64,000 nt of DNA, taken from positions 20,834,001-20,898,000 of the forward strand of contig CM052817.1 of assembly GCA_028534125.1 (NCBI GenBank), written 5' to 3'. Position 1 is the stretch's first letter. The number at the start of each line of letters is the position of its first letter. This DNA comes from Lama glama. Its lineage: Eukaryota. The translations under genes and the position numbers were made by a program. A model generated the notes under the pieces. The model was not told where the DNA came from. It saw only the letters and a program-made list of their open reading frames with translations, and did no database searches. Below are positions 37,670-51,109 of this stretch, piece after piece.

Positions 37670-39750
37670 ATTTTAGAAGCTTTATTGAAGTGTAATTTAT
37701 CTACTATAAAATGTACCCACTGTATGTGTAGAATTCACTGATTTTTAGTAAATCTAGAGTTTGATGTGTGACATCATTATCACACAGTTTTAGAATATTC
37801 ACCTCATTCAACAAGTTTCTTCCTGCTCATTTTCAGTCAGTCCTCTCTGCCCTAATCTCCAGGCAAACATTGATATGCTTTTAGTCTATAGATTAACCAT
37901 TTCTGCAGATTTAATATACTAGTATAATGTATAGCTTTTTGTATCTGGAGTTTTTAACTACCATGTGTCTGAGCTTCATTTTTGTTGCATCGTATATCAA
38001 TAATTCGCTTCTTTTCATTAATGAATAGTATTCCATTGTATGGCTTTACCTGTTTGTTTATTCATTCACTAGTTGATGAACATTTTGTTTTCAGTTCTTG
38101 GCTATTTTGAACAATGCTGCTAGAAACATTTGAGAACTGGCTTTTCTATGGACGTGATGTTTTCATTGCTCTAAGAGGACTCCTAGTTAAAAAGGTCTAA
38201 GTCATATGTTAACTTTTTTTTAAGAAACTACTTTCCTAAGTGGCTATACCATTGTGGTAGGCAAAAGAAGGGCTACCCTGCAGAGATGGACAAGTTCTAA
38301 TTTCTGTAACTTGGGACTATGCTCTATCACATGGGAAAAGGGAATTAAGGTAGTTGTGGGGGATATCTGAGCTTCTCCAAGTGGACCCAATGTTAACTAT
38401 AAGGGTCTTTAAAAATGGAAGAAAAGAGGCAGAGACATGAGGCAGAGAGATGACAACACAAGGATTCAGTGCTCTTTTGCTGGCTTTGAGATGTACGTGT
38501 TTGTGGGGGAGTTATGTGCACAGATTGGACAGAACCCATTGGGAGCTAAGAACGGCCCCCAGCTGATAGCCAGTGAAAAACAAAGACCTCAGTTAATACA
38601 AGGCATAGAACTGAATTCTGCCAACATTTGAATGAGCACGGAAATGTATTCTCCCTAAAAGCCCACAAAAGGAACACAGCCCTGCCTACACTGTGGTCTT
38701 AGCCCAGTGAAACCCATATGGAATTTCTGAACTATAGGAAGAACTGTAAGGTAATATGTGTTATTTGATATGTTTTTGGTAACTTTTTACAGTAGCAAGA
38801 AACAAATACAATCATTTTACATTTCAACTAGCAACAGATAAAAGTTGTAGTTTTTCAACATCCTTGCCAACACTTACCGTTGTCTTTTTAATTATAGCTA
38901 CTCTAATGGGCTTGTAGCAGTACGTTGTTGTGTTTCTAATTTTCATTTGCCTAATGAATAATGACATTAAACATCTTTTCTTGTGTTTGTTTGCCATTTG
39001 TACAGCTTCTCTGGAGAAGATTTCTTTTGGTAAAATATCTATTTGAATCTGTTATCTATTTTTAAATCAAGTGTCATCTTATCACTGAGTTTTAAGTGCT
39101 CTTTACATAATCTGGAAACAAGTCTTTTATCAAATAAATGAGTTAATTTGTTTACACTTTGTGAGGTATCCAATTGTCCCAGTACGACTTGTTGAAAACA
39201 ATTATCTTGGCATTTTTGTCAAAAATAAATTGAAGATGCAAGAAAGGGTTCTTATCCGGACTCTCAATTCTGTTACCTAAGTTTATATAATCTATATGAC
39301 AACCCTTACACCAATACCACAGTGTTTTCATTGTTGTAGCCTCATAGTATGTCTTTAAAATGGTTAGTTTAGTCATATAATTTTAATTTCCAAAATTGTT
39401 TTAGCTATTCTAGATTCTTTGATTTTCATATATGTCTTTTAGGACTCACTTGTCAATTTATTTAAAAAAAACCTAATTTTGAATCTGTATATCAGTTGAA
39501 GGAGAATTACCACTTTGAATCTAGTTCCATAAACATGGGATTTCTCTTAATTTGTCTAGATCTTTGATTTTTCTCAGCAGTGTTTTACAGTTTTTATTTT
39601 GCAAGTTTTGTACTGCTTTTTATTAAATTTATTCTTAAGTATTGTATTCTTTTTTCTCCTATTGTGAATGGAATCGTCTGTTTAATTTTATTTTTTAATT
39701 ATTTATTTCTAGATTACAGACAAAATTGATTTTATTTTTCTATTGACATT
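37670..39750 (-). mobile_element. Old L1 (L1MB/ME-type) 3' end plus ORF2, interrupted by an MLT1 LTR
   Basis: 3' end 'gctttattgaagtgtaattt'; ORF 39152..39376 gives ORF2-like YYEATTMKTLWYW. Confidence 0.85.
38253..38810 (+). mobile_element. MLT1D/E-like MaLR solo LTR
   Basis: TGTGGTAGGC...AAATACA termini; 5-bp TSD accat/atcat (4/5). Confidence 0.88.
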
Positions 39751-39975
39751 TGTCTTAATTTCCTGAGACTGCTAGGAGAAATAACTACAAACTTGGTGGC
39801 TTAAAACAATAAATTAATTCACTCAGTTCTGGATGCCAGAATTCTGAAATTAAGATGTTAGCAGGAGGCTGTCCCAAATTCCTTGGTATTCCTTGGTTTG
39901 TGGCAGTTGTCACTCCAGTCACTGCATCTTCTGCTCTTCTGTATGTCTCTCCTCTTCTGTTCATCTCATTAGTAG
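39751..39975 (-). mobile_element. MLT1 (B/C-like) MaLR LTR fragment
   Basis: 'tgtcttaatttcctgagactgc...acaaacttggtggcttaaaacaa...cagttctggatgccagaattctgaaattaagatgttagcagg'. Confidence 0.8.
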
Positions 39976-40699
39976 ATTTGTCTTCAAGGTTAGTAGATTT
40001 TCATGAATAAACACTTGTCAGTTTGTTGTATACCTTCTGTCCATTTCCAGAGCCTTAAATCTATTGTTTTTTTGATAATTATGTCCAGTTTTGTAATTGT
40101 TTTAGAGATGATTTGCCAAACTTTTCATCTCACTGTACCAGGAAATATCCAATTTGTAATATTTCATATTTGAGTCTCATGTAAGGGTAGGAGAAAACTG
40201 AGTACACCTTTAAAGGTCAAAAATCTAAGCAGTACTTTTCCTAAGAGGCAGCATTTCGTAGTCGGAAAACCACGAACTAACGGAACTGGATTTCAGTGTG
40301 ATGACTTTTGAGCTGTGTAATTTAGAAAAGATTATTTAAATTGTCTAGGTTTCTTCCTCAATCATAATAGAGTAGGAGAACAAAGATTTTTTTAAACTGT
40401 CTGTTGAAATATCAAATAACATACAAATGCACAGTGATAAAACGTCTATGTATATACATACACATATGTGAAAGTTTATAGATACACAAAACATACACCT
40501 TTATAATCATTTCTTTCTTATATAAAAACTAAAAAAAAAAAAAAGGCAACACCAAAAATGCTCTATGCTACATTTCTTTTTTCAAAAGAAAGTTAAATAT
40601 ATTAGCATCCCAATGTCTTGACTTTATATTATTAAGTTACTCTGTGTTCCTCTAAAGGAAAAGTGCATTAAATTGAATGTTGTAATAATAGGGATTGGT

Positions 40700-41022
40700 T
40701 ACAGATATGCCCTCTTCTCTTTCTGACACACAGCAAAACTGTCCTTTACCCAGCCACCTTGAGATGATTTTCTATCCCATGACTTGCTTTGCGTAAGGAA
40801 ACAAGAAGGCAATTCAATGTGATGCTTTGAAAGGAAAGTTTTAAAAGCCGGACTTGATTTACCACATTCCAACTCCTCTGTCTTGGGGATCTCAGACAGA
40901 CTCTCTTGCAAACCCATAATGACATGAGTTATGAATGAGAAATAAGCTTTTGCTTTTCAAAACTATTGTGATTTTGTGCATGCAAGTTAGTGCAGCATAA
41001 CTTAGCCTGATCTGACTAGTAC
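40700..41022 (+). mobile_element. Older MLT1 (I/J/K-like) LTR
   Basis: 3' end 'atgagaaataagcttttg...gcagcataacttagcctgatctgactagtaca'. Confidence 0.75.
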
Positions 41023-42119
41023 AGTTTTTCAACAGATTTATTGGTTTATACCCTTTAATATAAGTAATGCCCAGTAATATGCTTTAAGGATTCGTGTACT
41101 TCTAATAGGGTTTTAACTAAAATCTAAAAGGACGCAAAAGTTTTATAAAATTCCTTGGAAGCCCAGTTAAAGAGCTTATGTTGCATTGCAGATGAATTCG
41201 ACAGTTACAAAATAATGGTAAACATAAACTGGTAGCTTAAAATATCCAAGCTAAAAGTCATTAAACTAGAATAAGCACTTGAAAATGAATATAGACTCAG
41301 ATAAATGCATATATTTAATCAAACATTTCTGTAGGTACTTGCTCTAACTGGGAAATTCAGAACCACAGGAAGAAATGCAAGTAATTTGAGTGCTCCGCAC
41401 TGGCATTTAAATACAAGAGAAAAAATGTTAATAGGATAAGTACCAGAAAGGATTAAGTGAAGCTCAACACCAAAGAGGATTAGTTATTATCCTGCCTTTA
41501 CAGGCACCCAAATTTCATGTGGCCAAGTAGATAGGAAATAGAAAGCCAGTACTACAAAATGGGACTTTTTTTCTTCTTTCTGCAATAAGCTTATATTAAA
41601 CTCAGTTTTATTATGGCACATAACTAAACAAGTAACTCAATACTTAAGCTTTTCTCTGGGTAATCTAAAATGTAGTATACTTCTTCAGTGTATTTTAGGA
41701 AAAGTTTGCATTTTCCCATCTAAACATCACATTAAGTAAGCACACAAATTTGCAGCTAAGCAACAGATTTTCTGCTTCCAAAACCAACCATTCACACCCA
41801 TATACCGTTAGGACTTTCTGCATTATTCACACCAAGAGGACTGCAGAGGTTTACTGTGTTTTGCTTCATTTACTGTATATATTTCATTGCAATAAGGTAA
41901 GATATAAAGTATACACATGTATATATGCATATGTGTCATATCACACACATACGTATATGTGTACGTAGGAATGTAAATAAACACCTACATACACATGCAA
42001 TTGACATTTAGGTATCTCTGAACCTGAGATGTGTCGTACACTGGCAAAAGATTTAAAGATTCCTTGAAAAAGGAATGAGAACCCTGGCTGTTGTATGAGA
42101 ATCTTCAACTAATATCCCC

Positions 42120-42557
42120 AGTAGATAAAAAATGAACCATCTTTGAAAATGTATCAAATTGGCGTTAGTGATTTGGAAGTAAATGTTAAGAGACAATTAC
42201 AGAACGTTCTTAGGAAATGCTGTATCACCAACACTCTTGACAACACATTGACCAATGTTGCGTGTTGTGATTCAGTGGCAATTCTTAACAAAAAATAAAT
42301 TCAGGAAAATCATTTCTGGATACAAAGAAGATTTAAGAACGCATGAACTAATTTACTTTGTTCATTTTTTTTCCATTGGGTGTGCATATCAGAATGATAC
42401 ACAATTTGAAGAACTATCTCAGTAATGTCAGAACTCTTGGTAAGAATAAAATTGAAAAAAATGTGATAAGTATATCATTGTTGACATGTTAGCATTTTTT
42501 CTTTCTTAGTGTTCATAAAATAAGGTATAGCTTATAACTGATGTTCATGAAATATGG
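42120..42557 (+). mobile_element. TcMar-Tc2 (Kanga1/MER104-like) 3' fragment
   Basis: 'aggaaatgctgtatcaccaacactcttgac' reads RKCCITNTLD, like a pogo/Tc2 transposase C-terminus. Terminus 'tttctttcttagtgttcataaaataa...tgaaatatgg' followed by ta. Confidence 0.7.
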
Positions 42558-43365
42558 TAGCAAATGGTAGTTTACTGATTGTAGTTCTTAAATTTTAACC
42601 TGAAAGGCAAGTGCTGTTGGCATCTCTACGGGGAATGATATTCTAGTTGTTCAGATAGTTGAACAACTATCAAGTTCTATTCAACTCATATTCATACCAG
42701 TTTCCATGCAATTTCTGACTTTATGTTATTTTTCACCATATTTGTTTACTGAGGGTGAAAAAGGACAAAAGACAAGAAAATATTTGTAACTCAGGGCTAG
42801 TTTCCAACTATAGTCCGGTGGCTAGGATTATTTACTGAGTTCAAATACATTTCATTTACCAATATCAAATCCCTATCCACAAATACCAAAGACTTACTGA
42901 ATTTTACTCATTCAATCATTGAATAATTATTTGCAGAGTTCCTTATATATGCCAGAAACTCTCTAAATTAGGATTGCTACTTTACAATGATATTTTTGTA
43001 GAGTAGTATCAGTATATTACTATTTGAAAAAAATCTGATTTTTGACAAATAAAATTTCAATAGGGAAAACTTCATTTAATACTATTATGAATGAAACATT
43101 CCAAAGATATACATTAGGGAATTCTCTTCAGAGAGAGCAGAGACTGCCTGTTGTGATCAATGATACAGGTCCGGCACCTGGCCCAGACCTGACATTACAG
43201 TGTACGTTATTGAAATAATTGACAAATAAATGTTATCTTTACCTCTAATATCAGAAACAGAGACCAATTTAGAAGAGTTCTAATTCCTAAGCATATTTTA
43301 AAAAGCAAGGAAAAATAAAACTGTGTAAAAAGATTTTAAAATATTCTAAGCTAGGAAAACACCGA

Positions 43366-43406
43366 GTGTGTGTGTGTGTGTGTGTGTGTGTTTGTGTGTG
43401 TGTGTG
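43366..43406. repeat. (GT)n microsatellite
   Basis: About 20 GT units with one interruption. Confidence 0.97.
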
Positions 43407-43607
43407 GAGTTCAGATATCTAACAGTGTTCAATCATGCTGCTACAATTGCTACAAAAGAAAAAAAAGTGCAAGCTTTTTTTTCCTTTTAATACAAAAGTT
43501 AAACTGCCAAACATCAATTAATAGGTGATGTACTCAATAAATGTGCTGCATAAATGAAACTTAAAATGACTATTTATAGAGTTAAAAAAGAAAGATGGTA
43601 CTGAACG

Positions 43608-43737
43608 TAGAATGACAACATATCCCAATTTGCCTGGGTCATTTCAGATTATGCCTGTTGTACCAGCATAATTACTAGAAGGTGTCTTTCACTATCCAGA
43701 ATATCCTCATTTGTCCAAAAAGTTATGTGATCATCTG
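43608..43737 (-). mobile_element. MER94-like hAT-Blackjack MITE
   Basis: 'catatcccaatttgcctggg...tatgcctgttgtaccagcataatta...ctttcact...tatgtgatcatct'. Confidence 0.65.
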
Positions 43738-44704
43738 GGCTGTACCTGATGATAAGATAAAATATTTGCAGAGTGATTTTTCTATTATTACCCATAACAA
43801 CCCTTTTATGACAATTAGATATTTCATTCTACTTTTGATTATTAGAAATCTATTTGTTTAGAAGAAATAGGTGGCATGGTTATTGTTTGTGACATTAAAT
43901 CTCATGAACCTCATTTTATATTTTTCAGACACGTCCTGGTATACAGAAAACATAGACATTGAGTAGATAAATACACTTGTAATTCTTCAGATGAAACTTG
44001 ATTGTAAAACTTCTTAGAGATTGAGAACATTAATTTTATAGGACAGCTTCAGGTTTAAGTCTCTTTTTAAATACAAATATCTATGAGTGCAAATAAGGCA
44101 TAATTGTACATATCTGTGTTAGTTGTGTAACATCAACACATGTACAGGAAAGAAAATACTATGCATGAGGGGTGTGTAAGAATTTGTCATACTTCCATGG
44201 GCAGGTACACACATACTCAGTATGAATCAAAGGCATGCTTCCAAGTGCTAATAGAAGGAAGTCCAGAGTGACTATGGAGATAGTTTCCATGGCAATGCCA
44301 TCAATTTAGGTTTTGTACCACCACTTTCTAAATTCAGACCATGTCAGATAATTTTACTTTTTTTCTAAGAATATTAGAGTTATTATTAGAACTTTATATT
44401 CTAAAACATATTTCTTCCCTTTCCTAATTTGTCAAGATCTTTTCCCAGAAAAAAATATTTTAAAAATTACCTTGTTTTGAATTTTAGCTACAAATGCATG
44501 AAATTGGCTACCAATTTTGGCTTCAACTTGTAAAGAACTTGGATGCCATCAATCCTGTTCTTAAAACAAGAAAAAAAAACTGAATAAGCAGAAAACCTAC
44601 ACTTTGTCTTGCGTCCATTAAAGCATTGAGTGTACAGAACAAACTGCCTTCCAGAAATCTGGAGAAATGGCAAATTCAGAAAGTCATGGTCAAGATCTGC
44701 CTTG

Positions 44705-47120
44705 ATTGACAAGGTAGATTTTATTAAAATTAAACATTTCTGCTCTGTGAAAGGTGCTGTTAAGAGACTCAAAAGACAAGCTAAAGACTGGGATAATTTA
44801 TTTGCAATACACCTATGTGATAAAAATATGTACCCAAAATATACAAAGAGCTCTTAAAACTCAACAGAACAAAACTCAAACAAGCCAATTAAGAAATGGG
44901 CAAAAAATCTGAACAGACACCTCACCAAAGATATACAGGTGTTATACAATGATATGAAAAAATGCTCAACATCATTTGTTATTAGTTAATTGCAAGTCAA
45001 AACAACGAGAACTATTTTACACCTATTAGAATGGCAAAAATTTCAAAAGTTGATAATATCAACTCCTTGCGAGTATGAGAAGCAACAGATACTCTGAGTA
45101 ATTGCTGGTAGGAATATGAAATGATACAGCTATTTTGGAAGACATTTTTGCAATTTTTCACTACACTAAATATAGTCTTACCAAAATATCCAGCAACTAT
45201 GATCCTAGTTTTTATGCACATTTCTGAAAACTTATGTCCTCACAAAAAACCTGCACATAAATTTTTATAACAGTGTTATTAATAATCACCAAAAACTGAA
45301 ATAACCAAGAGGTCTCTCAACAGGGAACGAAAAAACTGTAGTACATACATACAATGGTACATTATTCAGAAATAAATGAAATTGAGCTACCAAGCCATGA
45401 AAAGACATGGACGAATCTTACATGCAAATGATTACGAGAAAACTAAGAGAAAGAAGACAGTCTGAATATGATGCATACTTTATAACTCCAAATGTATAAT
45501 ATTCTGGAAAAGATAAATTAGAGATGGCATGCAAATCAGAGGTGATGGAGAGTCAGCGCAGAGAATGAGGCAGGTTGAACAGATGAAGAACAGACTTTTC
45601 AAGGTGTTGAAACTGTTCTGTGTGATGCTGTAACATACACAAGATATTAAATACTTGTCAAAATCCATAGAACTTCACAGCACAAAACGTAAACCTTAAG
45701 CAAATTAAAACAAACTTAGGAAGTCAGAGAGTCCCAGTTCGGAATGCAAATGTGACAAAAGAATCCACATGTATTAAAAAAAAAAAAGTAGTGAAACCAC
45801 CTTCCTGAAGGGGATGAGGCTGGTGGAAGGTGCTGATATAAGTAACTTCGGAGTGTGAATGGAGTGTGTAAGACTAAAGGCTAAGAGAACTGCCAGCAAT
45901 CACTGTATCTTAGTTGATAAATTTATTTTCCAGGAAGATAGTGGTTAACATTTCTGAGACTACTGTAGGTGTATATTGGAACTGAACAATTAAGTCAATG
46001 GTTGGTGACTAATAGGAGCCAGGTTTTCCTCTGTTGTAGGGGGAGGTTAAAGATAGGCAAGAAATAGGAGGCTAGAATAGAATATGTGGTAATGGGTAGA
46101 GCTGGAGACAGCAGTCTGAGCTCATCTTTAGATTAACATACATACAGTTTGCATATTTAGAAACATGACTACTTCAAATGAGAGGCCTTAGAGTAATGAG
46201 TAAACCTGACATCCAAATCGTGGTTTTGAATACTATCCTCCAACAAAAGAAACCAAGGTTCCTTGGTGAACTAGCCAATTTAAGGAATGAGTCATAACTA
46301 TACAACATGAGCCTGCAACATGAGCCTCGAAACAATTTCCACACCTGCCAATGATGTAGCTTGTCAAAGGGATACAGGAGCCAAGTGAAGGTGTCCCCAG
46401 TAGCTAAAACGGGAACAATTCGAGCGAGAAAACAAATAAAAAAGTATTGGCTTTTAACCCAAAGAATAAAATATCATGAATCTATACTGACATAAAGGCA
46501 TTATTGAATAAATGGATGAGAATAGACAAATCCCTGGTATAGAATTCCAAATAAATTCTGCACATATGCTATTCTTAAAGAAGTGGAATGTAATTTTCCA
46601 GTCCTTAAGTGTGGTCTGCACACAGTTGCCTTCTTTCAAAAATACAGTATGAAAAAAGAAAAAAGTTTACATTAGAAAAACCTGACAAATGCTACCTCAA
46701 GCCAAGCGATCAAGGTTAATGTGACCAACAATGTTATGTTAACTGTGTGCGTCCTTAATATATCATAAGAATGACCTTTGTGATCTTCCTCTCAAGAAAC
46801 TACAATAGCCCAGTATAATCCTGATTGATCAAAACGTGATTACACATAAACCCCAACTGAAGGACATTCTTAAAAACAAAACAAAACAAAAACCTAAACA
46901 GTTATCCTCAAGAATGTAAAGTAACCAAGAACAAGGAAAATCTGAGAAAATGTCACAGTTATGAGGTATGACTAGAGACATAATGTCTAAATGTAATGAG
47001 ATATCTCTGATGATATTTTGGGACAGAAGAAAGACATTACGGAAAAACAGGAAATCTGAATAAAGTATGAACTTTCTAACCAATAAAGCATCAACATTGA
47101 TTTATTGTTACAAATGTTAA
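44705..47120 (+). mobile_element. L1MC-type element: ORF2 C-terminus plus long 3'UTR
   Basis: ORF 44630..44857 ends in DKVDFIKIKHFCSVKGAVKRLKRQAKDW (ORF2), followed by L1MC3/4-like 3'UTR. Confidence 0.88.
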
Positions 47121-47121
47121 T

Positions 47122-47255
47122 CTCTTTTTTTTTTAAATCCCCATCTTTCTTTCCTTTCTTCCTTCCTTATTCCCCCTTCCTCTACCCTCCATTTTCCCCT
47201 CCCTCTTTCTTTCCTTCTTTTTTCTTCCCTTCTCTCCCTTCTTCCCTTCCTTCCC
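47122..47255. repeat. Polypyrimidine (CT/CCTT) low-complexity tract
   Basis: Seen directly. Confidence 0.9.
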
Positions 47256-47479
47256 AGTCATTTAACTTCTTGGAAAAAACTTACTATAGCTGAGAATATT
47301 TCTTGTTTAACTACATGGAAGAACATGAATTTCAAACTATTGCATAGTATTTTAGAACTTGGAAACTGGTGGGCAAACTTTTACTTGGCAAGTAGGGTAA
47401 AATCTCTGAAGTTTCATAGGTCTTGACACAAATATTATCTCATCTTTTTCTGGAGAAACCAACGTTTTCCTCAGTCTCC

Positions 47480-47652
47480 ATCCAGCCAAACTTCCAGCTG
47501 CATGCAGCTGTGTGAGTAACTTCAGCCATATCCCAGGGAACAAAGAATTCTCCAGCTAAGTCCAGTTACCCATGTGAGCCTGAGAAATAATAAATTGTTT
47601 TAAGTTACTGAGTTTTAGAGTGGTTGATTATAAAGAAATAAAAACTGAAACA
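47480..47652 (+). mobile_element. MLT1 LTR 3' fragment
   Basis: 'ccagctaagtccag...tgagaaataataaattgttttaagttactgagttttagagtggttg...actgaaaca'. Confidence 0.7.
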
Positions 47653-49314
47653 TTAACAAAACTTAGAACTTCTAAATGAATACAGATGCTAACAGCAACA
47701 TACAAATAACAGCCATAAGCAAATTATTCATGTAAGAGAATACTTATTGGTGGATAAACATATGAAAATATGCCTAAATTCATGACTAATTAGAGATTAA
47801 AAATGAAAAGAATGAAGTCTGACTTCAAACTCATAAAGTTTATGATATTTAATACATTTCAAATTCTAAGTGGTTATGAGTATGAAGCAACACAATGGAA
47901 AAATATCCAGTGTTTTGTGATAGAAAAATTTAAAACAATCTGAACTCCTTAAATAAGGTAATGCATAAAAGAAAGTGATACATATTCAGAGCAGTGAAAT
48001 CAAATCAAACTTGAGCTACATGTATCAACCTCATTAAATTATAGAAATATAAAGCGAAAACAGCAAGTATTAAAAGGATATTTACATTATAGAACCATTT
48101 ACTATATTTTTTGAATAATGCAAAAAAGTTCATACTGTTTAGTGAGCATGCGAAGGGTGTAATATGGTGAAAATACACACAAAGATGACAATCCTTAGTG
48201 AAGAGGAAAATGTAGATTCAAGAAGTCCTCCAAGACCAGCTGCAACTACATTTGTAAATAACTTTTTTTCTGAGAAATTATGAAACAAATACAATAAAAA
48301 TGTTTGATTTCATAGTTATTCTTTTAAAAAAAAACACCAACAGAATATTCATGTTTTCAGGGTAAGAAATAAAGAGTGTTAAGTTATTTCTGAACCATAC
48401 CGTGTTTTCTCCCCCGCAAAAAATCCTACTGATTTGCATGGACAAGTATTTTTTGTATCTTCATGGGAGTTCTGTCCTTAGCCTGAAATGCCCTTATCAT
48501 TGAATAGAAAATGTGTGAAGTTTGACATCTCTCTGGACTGATGTGGGATGCCAGATTCCTTATGGGTCATCCCAAATTCAAATCCATTCATTTCCTTTAC
48601 TTTCCCTTGCACATAAAGTAATTGGAATATTTGGTATTGCATGTGTATTTTTTCCCTTAGCCTTCTTTCATTAAAACAATATCTCAAGATAATTTCAAGG
48701 CTTTTGTTTTAATTCCGTCTTTCCAATCCAGGCATTTAATGGCAAGAGTGACACAATTACTCTTCCATCTTCTGCTTCAGGTTCTGAGACCATGTCATGA
48801 CCCCACAATGTCCATCATGAAAGACTTATTCTATCATCCTTTCTTGACTTTCTTAAGAGATTCCATGATCTAAACATCAACCCATTAGCTTAACTGAGAC
48901 CTACTTCAATGAATAGAATAAAAGCTCCTCAGTAACATACTGCTGACATGTGAAGCTGCAACCATGTTTCTCATGCAGTTCAAACAGTTTGTTTTACCAC
49001 AAAAGTGACATTTTACAACCATCTGAAATTCTGAAGAAAATGACTACACACCGAACATACAACATCATAGCTTGCTTCACTCAAGTTTCATTTCATCTAT
49101 GTTGCTCGCCTGTCAAAAATTGCTACCCATTCTCTGCACATGTGATTTCTTTTTGTATTCAACTACTTCTTCGGTGTCTACACATCTTGTAATATTATTG
49201 CTAACAACTTGGTTAACTTATAGCACTAGCCCTGCAATCTCAAATCCTACCAGGCTAGTCCATTCAGTAAACAGGAAAACAGCACTGCTTCTTTTCCCAT
49301 GAGTCAGGAAAACT

Positions 49315-49465
49315 AGGTATTTGCTGATGTGGCCTCAGTAAGCACTTTCTGTGGTCTTGGTAATGTCACTAAGCCTTCCAGGATTTTGGTTTCCTCATCT
49401 ATATAATAAACAAATTAAACTGATGGATACTTAAAATTCCTTCCACTTCCACATTTCTGTAACTT
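49315..49465 (+). mobile_element. MIR fragment
   Basis: 'ctgtggtcttggtaatgtcactaagcc...ggtttcctcatctatataat'. Confidence 0.7.
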
Positions 49466-50054
49466 GGCTTCAAATATTTCAAAATAGAGTTTATAAGTTA
49501 GAATTATTGCCATTGCTTGCTTTTTTCAAAACAAGATATTCATAGAAAAGGATCAGTTCAGTTTATCTGTATTTATTTATCTGAGGTCTATTTTTTAAAA
49601 CAATGATTCCTTGTAAAAATCTGTAAGTCTTTATTCTTTCTGAAGCAAGATCATTTTGGCGTTTCTAGACTTACTTCCTATGAAGGACAATAAAGCCCTT
49701 CTTGAAAGTTACCTAAAATGATTACCTTAGGACATATCACTTTCCATTTACCTTTTTTTTCCCAGCAAATTTGACTCACTGATTTATGTACCTGATTCAG
49801 ATTCTCTTTTTTTGTTTTTTGCATGTTTTTGAGTCTGATAATTATGACTCTTTTTATCAGTAGTTTTGGATATCACGTAGAAGCTTATATATTTGTGCAC
49901 TTTTTGAATTCTAGTTTTACTTCTGCATTGTTCAGGGAAGTAAGTTGATGACAAGGCTTAATCGTTTTGTAAAACAAAGTTATTAACTAACCAGTTAGAG
50001 ATATCCCCACGTTAGAGAATTCTAGATAGTTTAGTTTTAAGTATGTTTTATAAG

Positions 50055-50380
50055 AAAACAATAAAACTCAAAAAAAAAACCTGTCACAGATCATAGAAGA
50101 CTACAGAGATGTGATGACTGGATGCAATGTGGTGTACTGGATTGAATCCAGGAATAGAAACTGCATTAGTGGCAAAACTACTGAAGTCTAAATGAAATCT
50201 AGATTCTAGATGTTAATGGCGATATACTAATGTCAGTTCCTTAGTTAAGACAGCTTTACCATAGTAATGTGAGATGATAACCTTTGGGGAAATAGTGTAG
50301 GAATGTGGGAACTACCTTGTACCATCTTTGCAATTTTTGTGAATCTAAAAACATTTCAAGATAAAAGCTTATTTTAAAAT
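50055..50380 (+). mobile_element. Old L1 (L1MC/MD-type) 3' terminus
   Basis: 'atgcaatgtggtgtactggattgaatcc...tgtaccatctttgcaatttttgtgaatctaaaa'. Confidence 0.8.
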
Positions 50381-51109
50381 TGTTGTACCCAGAATACCCA
50401 GAATGGATCTTTTTCATGGCATTTTGGAATGTTTTTCTAAAATAGGAAGTCTATGCAGTGACAGGACTCTCTTGGCTTTAAATATTTATCAAACCTATCA
50501 GTAGTGAATTTTCCCAGTTTATTATAGTGCAAGGAGAGGGAGACGATATCCACAGACAAGCATCAACCTACACAATTCACTTTATTCCAATCTGAATGAG
50601 GAAGAGTTAAAAGAAAAACCAAAAATAGCCTCTATTTTAAATATATTCACTAACTGCTTTAGACCAAACTAGTCCCTTTAGATCCTAAAAAGCAAATCCA
50701 TATCTAATATAACTGAATTTTATTTACTTAAAATAATTAAATCTATTAGTGTTAAATCATCTGTGAACAAGTAATGTTTCTACAATTTTTTTTTAATTTT
50801 GCAAATTAGTGATGAAATAAATGAACAAACTTGTCAAAATTGACTAAACTACATTAGGTTTTTAATATTATCTAATACGTGGACAAACCTGTTAAAATTA
50901 ACTAATCTGTATTATTTTAAAAAATAATCCAAGTAGAAAATCTATCAAATTGAATAGATGGTATATTTTAATAATATAGAATGCTATAATTATACTTTTT
51001 AGAATATATGTTTTACTCAGAATTTTTTAGTGGTATTTTAGGTAACATTTTAACCTAGTAGAAAAGCACCAACTAGTGTAGTGACTGGATTATCTTCACC
51101 GTTAAATAA

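Noticed and set aside
47105..47293. F/P/S-rich ORF
   Set aside because: Translation of a polypyrimidine low-complexity tract.
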